This document shows positions 52,325-64,000 of a stretch of 64,000 nucleotides of DNA, one piece after another; within the stretch, counting starts at the first letter, position 1, and every line of letters begins with the position of its first letter. The stretch comes from Eledone cirrhosa (taxonomy: Eukaryota), in assembly GCA_964016885.1 (NCBI GenBank), contig OZ024743.1, forward strand, positions 14,012,001-14,076,000. Reading direction: 5' to 3'. Position numbers and translations under genes: made by a program. The notes beneath the pieces were generated by a model, which had not been told where the DNA came from, did not search any database, and saw only the letters and a list, made by a program, of their open reading frames with translations.

Positions 52325-52902
52325 CTTATTCTCTTGTTTGAATTCTCTCCTTCTTCCCATATTGCCCCATTTCTAACTCACAATCTCTTTTTCCCCATCT
52401 CCTTCTCTATGTCGTAGTTTCCCTCGAGTAAGGTAATGTTCTTCTGATATATTGTTGCCCTTCACTCCCTAGAGATATATCTGACAATAGAATCTGTATA
52501 TAGCAATGGTTACTGAAGTTATGTGCTACCAACGAGAGTGGAATTAAGAGATTACTGAACTTTACTTAAGTAATCTTAAAGATGGTCTCTTGACATTTGA
52601 ACATTTTTCTAAGATTCTCTAAAAATGGTCGGTATTTTATCTGTCAATTCTATGCATTATATTCTAGATTTATTGACTTGCGCAAAATGTAACGCGAACG
52701 TTTACACAGACACTCAACATAAATCTAAATACGTATAATATTTCAATTAGACTGTAGTTATTAATTTAAACCAAACTGTAAAAACTCTTATGTTAAAGTC
52801 CATTATGCAGTTTCGATTCTCGGGAACAGATATTTCAATAGATACTGATAATTGCTGTTTAGAACAGAGATAAGCAAGTTTTTAATTTTTTGATTTCTAC
52901 CA

Positions 52903-53178
52903 ACATAGTTACGTCCCTTTACGATCTGAGTTCAAATCCCGCCGAGGTTGACTTTGCCTTTCATCCTTACGGGGTCGATCAAATAAAGTAGCAGTAATGC
53001 ACTGGTTAATTGCTGGCCTTGTGCCTAAAGTAGAAACAATTAATATATATGAAACTAACGATCATAATTATCCCGCCGAGGTTAACTTTGATTTTCATCC
53101 TTACGGGGTTGATAAAATAAAGTACCAGTAATACACTGGGTAATTGCTGGCCTTGTGCCTAACGTAGAAACAATAATT
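52903..53178 (+). mobile_element. Two partial copies of the Deu/Nin-like SINE
   Basis: CCCGCCGAGGTT.ACTTTG..TTTCATCCTTACGGGGT.GAT.AAATAAAGTA at ~52938 and ~53072. Confidence 0.8.
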
Positions 53179-54459
53179 TTATGCAAAGGGTCTTATTTTT
53201 AAAGTGATGAAATTTTCAGTGTATAATGTATATCGAAGAAGTTACTATGTTGCTAAAGCTGAAGTAAAATTATTCCAGATGTCACCACTCTAAATGAAAG
53301 TTAAGTGTCAATCTGTCTCATGGTCATTCTAGACATAATGGAGAAGACAGTGCCGGATACGTGCAGGAACATCCATCCCATCATGCGGGGTTCACACTTC
53401 CAAACTCAGGTCCGAAAGACGTGAGTAGGGAGGAAGTCCGTGGCGGACTACAGGTTCATAGTACACACCTATTCATGAAATGAACAAACAATATTTGACA
53501 AGAGCAAATTTACACGATCTCCACTTGAGAACGTGTCACTATATATGGAAACCAAGATGGGAGGCCTAACCTCCACGGAACGGGATATTTACGTGCTGTC
53601 TGGCCCCACTTGTTCGAGCTCCTAAGAGGAGATTGCGGCCTTCTGGCCATGCTTTATAATCTCCTGGATTATTATCAACATCAGTGGCATAATTACAATG
53701 ATATATTAATATCATAGCTAATATTATCCATAGTAAGATCATTATCTTCCAGAATATTCTATAATTATAGAATCTTCCATTTCTACTCACAATAGCTAAT
53801 ATTAAAGGCACATTTACAAGCAATAATACTGTTCCGATTAGAAAAGAATTCCATTGCCGCAGATATGAGAAATATTGCATCAACGTCTCTAGTTTGAAGT
53901 TCATTAGCTATTTTCATATAGTTGGTCTAAACATGAAATGCAAACATTGAACACATTTTCATAGAAAATGAAAAATAAAGTACCGGTAACACACTAGCTC
54001 GATTTAATCAACTTTCTCCTCACACAAAATTGCTAGTCTTTAAAATAGAAACAATTATTATTATTAATATTATTAACTTTATTTTAAGTGATTCATTAAA
54101 AATGTAGGTGTAATCACTACACATAATATATGAATTATTGTCATTTCGTTAAAATAACCAACACTTCATGTTGTCTACGTCATTCTCTCCACGTTGAATC
54201 TACATTGTGACCTAGGAAATAAGTTTGTGCTATTATAAATATCATTATATTAATATATATGCCTATATATATCTCTCTTCTACTTTTATGCATTTTCTCT
54301 GCGTATCCAATTCGTATACGATCATGTATGTTCGCCAATACACATAAATCATAGTACCGCCAGTGCTTCAATGCTTTTTATATGCATGTGTGGTGGATGT
54401 TTGTATAAATACACGCGCACATTCAATCACACACACACACACTCACACACACACACACA

Positions 54460-54504
<45 letters not shown>

Positions 54505-55635
54505 AGTGTGTGTGTGTGTGTGTGTGTGTGTATGTTAGATAGGTGCGTAACTATAGCCACAGGTGGGGCGGTGTTCGAGGTTCTTAGCACTGTTAAGAGG
54601 TATGTCTCGTGTAGGCTGTATTCCAGAGTTACGTTGGCTGTAGTGTGCAGAGTATAATAAGTAGAATCGTAGTCTGTGTTGCATCATATGTACGAAACGT
54701 ATTTGTATATCACAATTTGTTCGATATCGATCAGCTCCGGGTGCAATCAAAATAACCGTATACATAATAAAAACTCACTTTAATAAGATGAGCTCTAACA
54801 CCATGGATTTAAATGCTTGCGTGTGGAGAAGCTGTTGGTGTCAATGTGTGCGTATGTGACGTTTTGGTGACATATAAGTAAGCGTGGGTGGAGTTGAAAT
54901 TATTATTTATTCGCTGTAACTGTTACTTTGCAATTGAGGAACACTTAAAATACCTTAAGCTATGGGCGGTTCAAATTTATTTATTTTAACATTTCAATTT
55001 GGCTGACTTCTAGTAATACGGGGTTAAAAGGAGTGGCAGTAGGTTATGTAGGTGCGTATGCCTGTATATATGTATAAAATACTTAACGTGAACAATTGTC
55101 AAGGAAAGCCATCGACATATTCCTCTCTCAGTTATCATCTTTCGTCTTGCAAGTGTATGATCGGAATAAACCACTTCTTTTGGGCCACATTTGCAAAAGT
55201 CACACACCTAAAACAAATTTACGCAGGACAGCAATTTCCTCTCCCACAGAAACTTCTTTTTGTGCTGAAAATTGAAAATGTTGATAAGTTCATAGCTTTC
55301 TTGTATTCATCTCCCCCTCAATCCCTTCTCAGCCATATCCATCATACATAACTTTTGAAAATCTCACTCGGTCTCTATAACGAACATTTCACCTGTTCGA
55401 AGCTTGATCAAATATATCATATTATACGCTCATATTTAAGTATTTCTCTATATAAAATATTCATGATCTGTTTGAAAAAGTTAATTATCCGCAAATCTGG
55501 CGGTTCAGAGGTCTACGTTGAATGATGCGCTTATAGCTTTTTAGAAAAATTGTTTTGAGACATCTTACAATTGGAAGTATTGTTGGATAGTTAGTATATG
55601 CCCGCCATGCATGAGCCTCCTGCTAATGGATAATC

Positions 55636-56235
55636 TCAGACTCAGAAGCTCCCGCGTCTTGCGACGCATGAGGCAATCATAGTGTTCCACCGCGTTCGGT
55701 CAGCAGCCAGCTGCACAGCGTCCCGCCATTGTCTGTTTGTCACTCGCAGGTCCCTCTCAACTGTCTGGCGCCAGTTCATTTTGGGTCGCCCTCTCCGTCT
55801 GCTTCCCTGTGGGTTCTATTTAAGTACTTGGTTCGCCAGTCTCTCCGGGGGAAGTTTCAAAGCGCGCCCAAACCAGCCCAGGCGTCGCTTGCAGATGGCA
55901 GAAGAGACTAGCTGCTGGTTGGTGCGGTTCCTGACTTCCTGGTTTGTTACATGGTCACTCCATTTAATCCCCAGAATCTTTCGCAGACACCTGGAATCGA
56001 ATGCGTCCAACTTATTCTCTTGGCTGGTCTTAAGGTGCCATGTTTCACTTCCGTACAAGAGTGTGGACAGCACGTTGCTGTTGTAGAATCTCATCTTTGT
56101 TTTGAGGGTGAACTTCCTGCTCTTCCACATCTTGACAAGCTGGTTAAATGCTGCTGAAGCCGTTCCCATTCTACATTGCAATTCACTGTCCATGGCGCCC
56201 CCATTGTCAATGGAGCCTCCTAGGTAGGTGAATGG
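55636..56235 (-). pseudogene. 3' fragment of an RTE-clade LINE
   Basis: FTYLGG, KTKMRFYNSNVLSTLLYGSETW, FDSRCLRKILGIKW, LGWFG, RRRGRP. Confidence 0.9.
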
Positions 56236-56392
56236 ATAATACTTGCTATCAATGATCAACAAACAATTAGTTCCTTGAAAATCTAGCTATTAACAATTAT
56301 TAGAGTATTTAAATTACATCGATATTTACATATCAGGGGCTTATTCCTTTGTAATATGAAATTACATACACACAGATACACACAGACACACC

Positions 56393-56394
<2 letters not shown>

Positions 56395-56483
<89 letters not shown>

Positions 56484-56500
56484 ACACACACACACACAAA
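56395..56500. repeat. (CA)n microsatellite
   Basis: Seen directly. Confidence 0.97.
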
Positions 56501-56807
56501 GACACACAGACACGCACGCACATACACGAAACAACAACGTTACAACATGAATTGACATGCTATTTTTCTCTAAAATTGTTTTTTTTCCGTTTCAGTCCTG
56601 CCGGATTCCACCGATCTTTCAAATTCATCTTTAATTTCTCATTCTTTCTTCGGATGAAAGATTAGCGTCCAAAACGTTCAGACTCATTTCACATTATATC
56701 AAACGTAATAATAATAATATATTTCTAAATTATTGTTCTGTGTCGTTTGATTCGTTATTTATGTTTACGCTTTGAATATTTATATATATATATATATATA
56801 TATACAT

Positions 56808-57660
56808 ATGTTCAAAATGAATTATTGACTTGATTTTCTCATTGTTTCCTCTCATTACGTTGCCTCACCATTCGTGTTTGTTTACCTGTCTCTCTTTCTC
56901 CAACCCAACTATTTTTATCCCAATAACCTATTTTAGTTATTGCATCGCCCTAGCCTGAGGTATATGGTCTGTAATGCGAAGATATACCTATGATGGCTAG
57001 GAGACCACTGATGACGGATAGTACTAAATTCTATTTCTAATTCTTCATGTTTATATATATCATATTTGCTCGCCATATTTCATTCATATATGCTTTCCCC
57101 TTCGCTGTGACCTGTCTTTTTCTCTTCCATTACTGCTATCCTCTTTCTTTCTCCCCCCTTCTCTCTTCTTCTTCCCCTTACTTTCACTCACACCCTCTGC
57201 TAGTCACCCTCTCTCGGTTAGCCTCTTCCTCACACTTTCACTCACTCACTCTCAGCTACTCACACTCTCTCCCTTCCTCCATTGTCCCACACCGTACGAA
57301 ATTCTTTCCTCGCTCACATTCGAACGGCGAAGATGTGTCTATCGTCTTCTTGTCAATATTCGTACGTTCTTATGTTCAAAATGAATTATTGACTAGATTT
57401 TCTCATGTTTTCCGCTATTTACGTTGCTTCACCATTCGTGTTTGTTTACCTGTCTCTCTTTCTCCACCCGACTCTTTTTATCCCAATAACTTATTTTAGT
57501 TATTACATCACCCTAGCCTAAGGTATATGGTCTGTAATGCGAAGAAATACATATGATGGCTAGTAGACCACTGATGACTGATAGTCTTGGCTTCTATTTC
57601 TAAATCTTCATATTTATATATATCCTATTTGCAACAACACAGCTCACCATTTTTCATTCA
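56808..57660. repeat. 564 bp-period partial tandem repeat (family of 48020-48787)
   Basis: atgttcaaaatgaattattgact at 56808 and 57372. Confidence 0.82.
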
Positions 57661-57685
57661 AATATATATATATATATATATACAC

Positions 57686-57755
<70 letters not shown>

Positions 57756-57825
57756 ACGGTAAATATTGATGCAATTCAATTCAAGCACTCAACGTACTTT
57801 TTCCACATAGGAGTGACGGAGTAAA

Positions 57826-58854
57826 ATATCGAATAAGGAAAAGCGAAGTAGTTTCAGATGTTCAAGTCCTTTAATAATAATGATGTGATATATATTTCAA
57901 TGGCGACACTGGCCACACTGTTCTGTGTGCGAGTGTCGTGACATCATCAGACAGCTTGTTACATAATAAGGTTATGTTTCCGAGGCAATCCAAATTGAAT
58001 CGACATGGGAACTGATGAAATGCGTGCTTTTGGGTTTATCACCCGTTCCCCTGTGAGTACCAATTCATCCCCACCGGTCTGCGCGTGCGCATGTCCGAAG
58101 GAAGTTGACCATTAGCTACCGCAGATTTCAACGAAATTCGCTTAGACAGTTCAACCTCTCAGTGACACAATGGCCCGTACCATAGTTTACTGCTACCCAT
58201 CTCGACTGTGGTAGTCAGTCGAAAGCCAGAGGGAGTGGGAGAGTGTTAGTTTTTACAGGTCATAATACTACCTCTCACCTAGCGTGGACAGTACGACTGA
58301 CTATCAACTCAAAGGGAAAATAAACTTAATTCTAGGTATCATGGTTTTACATTGTAAGTTAAGAGTGAGAGTTGGAAATAAATATTAAAGTCCTAAATCA
58401 AGTATCAGTAATTATAAATTAAATAATTAAAAATTAACAATTAGTAATTAAAAGTTAGACATTTTTTTCAAGTGAGAATTCAGATTGAGGTGAGTAAAAA
58501 AATATAGATTGAAGTGAGTAAATAATATGGAGAGAGATGTTTAAGTAAGAAGTTCTGAGAGGGGTTCTAGTGTCACAGTTACTCTATCCACATATTGAAC
58601 GACAGTGCCGTACATTAGAACGGAGTGTAAGCTACAGCATTCAAGGTATAAACCCAAAAGCACGCATTTCATCCGTTCCCATGTCGATTCAATTTGGATT
58701 GCCTCGGAAACATAACCTTATTATGTAACAAGCTGTCTGATGATGTCACGACACTCGCACACAGAACAGTGTGGCCAGTGTCGCCATTGAAATATATATC
58801 ACAGCATTATTATTAAAGGACTTGAACATCTGAAACTACTTCGCTTTTCCTTAT

Positions 58855-58861
<7 letters not shown>
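57826..58861. repeat. 214 bp inverted repeats (57826-58039, 58648-58861), each carrying a hammerhead
   Basis: Near-identical reverse-complement arms with a ~610 bp spacer. Confidence 0.92.
58732..58805 (+). ncRNA. Minimal type-I hammerhead ribozyme (mirror at 57882-57955, minus strand)
   Basis: Stem I GCTGT/ACAGC; CTGATGA; long stem II CGACACT..CACAC/GTGTG..AGTGTCG with an imperfect base; GAAA; palindromic TATATA; triplet ATC. Confidence 0.72.
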
Positions 58862-58907
<46 letters not shown>

Positions 58908-58908
<1 letters not shown>

Positions 58909-60030
58909 AACTAGAAATAGATTGACATATATATATATATAAAATAAACATATGAAACAATCACAGGAAATGATTTGTAAAGAATGTAAGCACACAGCTA
59001 GGTAGGTAACTAATTAAAGTTTAACTAGAACTTCAAATATGATTAAGCTCCTTTGTATATATTTCTTTAAGTAAGAAATATATTTCACCAATTAATCCGT
59101 AAATCACAGTAGTCAAATTTCCGGATGGTCACCAAAGGAGGAGAAGATAACTATCTGCGTTTACAAAACAAATGCAAATCTGTGAATGACTCGAACCACG
59201 TGTTGCATTTAAAAAAAAATACACATATTGCACAACGTCATCACAGTGGCGTGAATAGGACCATCGACAGCCAGAAATAGCAGACGAGTCTATTCTACTG
59301 TATTAGCTCAACAATCAAGGGGCCGTATATATATCCAAAATATGTGTGCATACATTCTTTACAAATTATTCCCTGTGATCGTTTCATATGTTTATTTTTT
59401 ATATATATGTCAATCTATTTCTAGTTGATACCTAATGCTCGGATCTATTCATTGGAATCATTGAGCTTATTCTACAGTGGATATGGCGCATGTCTCTCAG
59501 ACATGACAACCCTTAATTTTTTTTATTTTGGATATATATACGGCCCCTTGATTGTTGAGCTAATTCAGTTGAATAGACTCGTCTGCTATTTCTGGCTGTC
59601 GGTGGTACTATTCACGCCACTGTGATGACGTTGTGCAATGTGTGTATTTTTTTTTAAATGCAACACCTGGTTCGAGTCATTCACAGATTTGCATTTGCTT
59701 TGTAAACGCAAATAGTTATCTTCTCCTCCTTTGGTGACCATCCAGGAATTTGACTATTGTGATTTTCGGATTAATTGGTGAAATATATTTCTTACTTAAA
59801 GAAATATTTACAAAGGAGATTAATCATTTTAAAAGGTATCTATATTTGAAGTTCTAGTTAAAATTTAATTAGTTACCTACCTATCTATGTTTATTTTATA
59901 TATATATATATATATATTTCAATCTATTTCTAGTTGATATGTAATGCTCGGATCTATTCATTGGAATATTTGAGCTTATTATACAGTGGATATGGCGCAT
60001 GTCTCTCAGACATGAAAACCCTTAATTTTA
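58908..60030. repeat. Composite inverted + partial tandem repeat
   Basis: 58997-59340 is inverted at 59527-59885; 58908-58990 is inverted at 59351-59426; 59410-59520 is repeated directly at 59920-60030. Confidence 0.85.
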
Positions 60031-60060
60031 ATTTTGAATATATATATATATATATATATA

Positions 60061-62641
60061 CTTGGGGAGGGTCATATTTGTGTAATAATATTGCCAGAAT
60101 TAATAACAGAACACACTCACTGTTTGGTTGGTTTTCGCTTCTGTGTCTTTTATATCGGTTAATTTAATTTATTCGGTCCTCAATATTTACTATTGACTGA
60201 CTAACGGTGAAAAATACAGATATAATATAGACACAAACAGATATTTATAGTCTAACAAAAGTTATTTCGCTGCACATCTGCAACATCGTCAGTGGTGCTA
60301 TATGTTTCCTCCTGTTGTATTGTATGTCTACGTCATCTTTATTTAGTCTGTTTATTTATTTATTTATTTTTGTCTTCTTCTCAGCGCATGCGTTTGCGTG
60401 TGTGTATAGTGTTTGGGTGACTGTGTATTGGTTATTGTATTCTATCTTTGTTTAGTAGTATGTGTTTATATGTGTTTGTTGTTAGTCTGCTTGTGTATTT
60501 ATTTATTTATTTATTTTTCTATTTATTTATACTTCTCTTAGGTCACTATTGTTTGTTTGGGTGTTGTTATTCCATTCATTTTTTTGTGTTTAGCCTTGGC
60601 CTTCTAAGTTCCATTTCGCTGGCCTCTCTGATTTGCCTATCTGCTGGGTCATTTCTATGTTTAGATATTATTTTAATTTCTATGTTGTCTATGTTACCGT
60701 CGTGTTGTTGTCTGGCATGTTCGTATAGTACTAAACCGTTTATTCGTCCTTTTAGTTCCCCCCAGTGTTGGTCTATCCTTTCACCTACGGTATGAGCTGT
60801 CTCGCCTATGTATGTTTTTGTCATGCAAGTACCCTCTGTACATCTTATGCTATAGACTACGTTTCTAGTGTAACAGTTTATCCGGGGGTTTACTTTACAT
60901 ATAATACTATTTGTACAGTGGGTTTTCTTAAAAGGGTAGGTTTTGCTGATAAGGGATTTTATGGTGGTTCCTGGCTTTTCTAGCACCTTAATGTTTAAGT
61001 GGGTCTTTCTCAGGGCCTTTTTACATTGGTTAGCTAATTTCCCTCCAGGGGTAGCGTCCACAAACATGACACTCTGGTATCTCTGGTTGTCGTACCATGT
61101 GGTGGCTTTCCCTATCGTATATCTAGTCCTATCTAAGCTATTCCATGATTTGCTCCTGTATAATGGGCAAATTCCTTTCATGTCCAGTTCTATGAGGGTT
61201 TTATACTTCTCTGTGGCTCCTTCGTATACTCTGATTCTGTCTCTTTAGTTGTAGCCACAGAACTGCATGCGGTTGATGAAGTGTTGGATGTGTCTTTCCA
61301 TTTCTGTTGGGTTACACATGCGGGACACTTTCTTCATCACTCATACCAAGTCTGCGATCAGAATATTAAACTTAGCAGTATTGGACATTGCTGAGATTGT
61401 GAATATCAGGTATTTGGAGGCCATGGGTTTAGCGTAGTGTGAGTGGAGACTTTGGGCTCTCTCGTCTATAGTGTTAATCCAGAGTTCTGTGTCTAATACA
61501 GGTAGTCTATTGTTAGGGTGTTTGGAAGGGTAGTCGATAGTTACAGTTATACTCTGGTGTATGGAATTAGCTATCTGATGGATGCTTTCCATTGTGCTAC
61601 ATTCTAAATCGAACTTGTTAGTACTCTCTTGTGGGTATGTCCTTATTACTATATTGATGTCCTCTACGTAACGAGAGTACATGATGAGGTCTATGGAGCT
61701 CTCATCAAGGAGATCTTTGAGTCTCCTTTCCCACCATACCATAAAAAGAATGGCAACGTCACCAGCTATTCTGACGCCAATGGCTGCTACTTCATTTTGG
61801 GTGTAGATCTGAATATGTGGCCCTTTAGGGTAGTTTTGATACTAGCCCCTATTGTATGTTCGACCATTTGTCTTACCTGATCATTGTTTTGGGAGGTCCG
61901 TATCGCTTTGGTCCACCCAATCCACCTTCGGTTGGGAGTCTTTTTTGCCATTGAGGTTATGGTGGGGTGTCTACTTCTTATGGGTCAACTGGAGCAGAAA
62001 CATCTAAGGTTATGGCTGTCTACGTAGTCAGTGTCATATGTAAGTCTACGTAGGAGGTCCAGTTCGTCTGTGTCGATGTCGCAGAACTCCACCTCACTCT
62101 CAATGATCATCTCCACACATCTTTACACAGGAAAATCAATGTTAATGGATGGGTACAGTGATACCACATCCATACTGCCTATTATGCAGTTGGATAGGTT
62201 TTTGTATTTGTTGCACTCACTGATTCTGCTGAGGAGGTCATCTGTACTGTCACATACATCTGGGGACATCTTGATTATGGGGGGAATAACCATTGAGAGG
62301 AAGTAGCAGATCCTGCAGTTGCTAGCTATATTGGCTCCGCATACAGGCCTTGTTGGTGGTCCTATTGTCGGGTCGTCGACAGTCTTATGGTCTTTGCGGA
62401 GCCCTTACAAGGGTGGTATGCCATTGTTACACGCCTGGAAGTTGTTGGCAGTGCGTCTAATTGGCTCTAGGATGTTGGTCCACATCATCATGTGAGCCTT
62501 GAGGATTTTCTCTCTCCCCTCATGTATTTGGTGTGCAATTTCACTCATGTTGGTGATGTGGGGTTGCATAGCCTTGATGCAAGTATAACAAGTATAACAA
62601 TATTTCTTTCGACACACGATTTCATATCAAAAACCTCGCAA

Positions 62642-62645
<4 letters not shown>
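60061..62645 (-). mobile_element. Decayed Neptune-like Penelope element (RT + GIY-YIG + pLTR)
   Basis: YSRYVEDIN, LPVLDTELW, HYAKPMAS, VMFVDATPGGKLA, NVVYSIRC..YIGETA; many stops and frameshifts. Confidence 0.88.
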
Positions 62646-62703
<58 letters not shown>

Positions 62704-62708
<5 letters not shown>

Positions 62709-63209
62709 TAAACGGGATAGAAAATGCTGACAAATTGTTCACAGTGAAAAATAGTTTAATTAGGAATAAATGAGAATTAGTAATTGTATTGGTTAGTATT
62801 CAATTTTGGTTTTAAGTTTTACCGGTTGCGCATTTCTAAATGCTTTTCAAAAGTAATTTTGAGATAGAGCGTCCTGGATGTTTGCTCTGATCTGATTAGT
62901 TTTGGGAATTCTACCTGTTTTTATGTTAAAAAAGTGGTTCCAACACTATTAAAATTGTTTTTTGCGCCAATTTGTGTTGCAGAAATTATTGTGGTCAAAA
63001 CAATTTTGATTGGTCGGTAGAGGTCATGTGTATGTAAAAAATTGATTTTGCGCCAAGACTGAGAAATGACTCTTTCACAATAAATATGTGTGTGTGTGTG
63101 TGTGTAGAAGTAAAGTGTTCGTTGTTAATATCTGTTAACATGTTAAATTATCCCCCACTCATTTACAGACACATTCCTACTGACCATCCCTCTACTACGA
63201 ATTACTCTG

Positions 63210-63289
<80 letters not shown>

Positions 63290-63922
63290 CTCCGTATAAG
63301 ACAAGAGCTGAAAAATATCTTTTGACATGTTAAAATATCGTCCACTCACTTACAGACACATTCCTACTGACCATCCCTCTACCACGAATTACTCTGCTAT
63401 ACACACACACACACACACTTGTCTTAACAGGCATTTAAACTGTCAACAGGCTGCGGTTCGCACACACTTCCCTGCTAACCATTATCACAACAACGAACAC
63501 TTTACTACTACTACTACACACACACACACACACACATATTTATTGTGAAAGATTCATTTCTCAGTCTTGGCGCAAAATCAATTTTTTAAATTTACGTGAC
63601 CTCTACCGACCAATCAAAATTATTTTGACCACAAGAATTTTTGCAACACGAATTAGCGCAAAAACCAATTTTAATAGCGTTGGAGCCACTTTTTTAACAT
63701 AAAAACAGGTAGAAATCACAAAACTAATCAGATCAGAGCAAACATCCCGGACGCTCTATCTCAAAATTACTTTTGAAAAGCATTTAGAAATGCGCAACCG
63801 GTAAAACTTAAAACCTAAAACTGAATACTAACCAATACAATTACTAATTCTCATTTATTCGTAATTAAACTATTTTTCACTGTGAACAATTTGTCAGAAT
63901 TTTCTATTCCGTTTACCAATAT
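62704..63922. mobile_element. Long-TIR non-autonomous DNA element (MITE/foldback type)
   Basis: ~385 bp imperfect TIRs (62704-63090, 63535-63922) ending TA-TTGGTAAACGG / CCGTTTACCAA-TA; internal duplication with (CA)n; no coding capacity. Confidence 0.8.
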
Positions 63923-64000
63923 ATAATAACTTGTGTGTTACACCTCTATTATTTTAACTATATATATATATACATATATATATATATAAAATTTCAGGTT

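Noticed and set aside
56648-56684. CGGATGAA...AAAACGTT hammerhead remnant
   Set aside because: Two core substitutions and weak stems; too degenerate to call.

Overview
Eukaryotic, AT- and microsatellite-rich DNA. The SINE types and repeat landscape suggest an invertebrate, probably a cephalopod (inference). It is almost entirely mobile elements, and I cannot support any host gene with confidence. Contents: (1) two full-length ~6.0 kb L1/Tx1-type non-LTR retrotransposons arranged head-to-tail (13749-19777 disrupted; 19817-25840 with intact ORF1 and ORF2), each bounded by (ATT)n and abutting two decayed R4/Dong-type RT+REL elements on the opposite strand that end in (TAA)n. (2) At least three lineages of Penelope-like elements (RT + GIY-YIG), including a near-identical 2.2 kb inverted duplication (37409-42196). 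(3) Many asymmetric palindromes embedded in (TA)n, several carrying minimal type-I hammerhead ribozyme motifs. (4) tRNA-derived SINEs, RTE fragments, a Tc1/mariner-superfamily transposase fragment and a long-TIR MITE. (5) Long strand-polarised (TA)nCA arrays that share ordered variant motifs across loci up to 11 kb apart. There is a 200-N assembly gap at 13509-13708. Most ORFs in the supplied track (YIYI..., CVCV...) are microsatellite artefacts or antisense shadows. All RNA structures were folded by eye, and clade labels come from motif recognition, not database searches.
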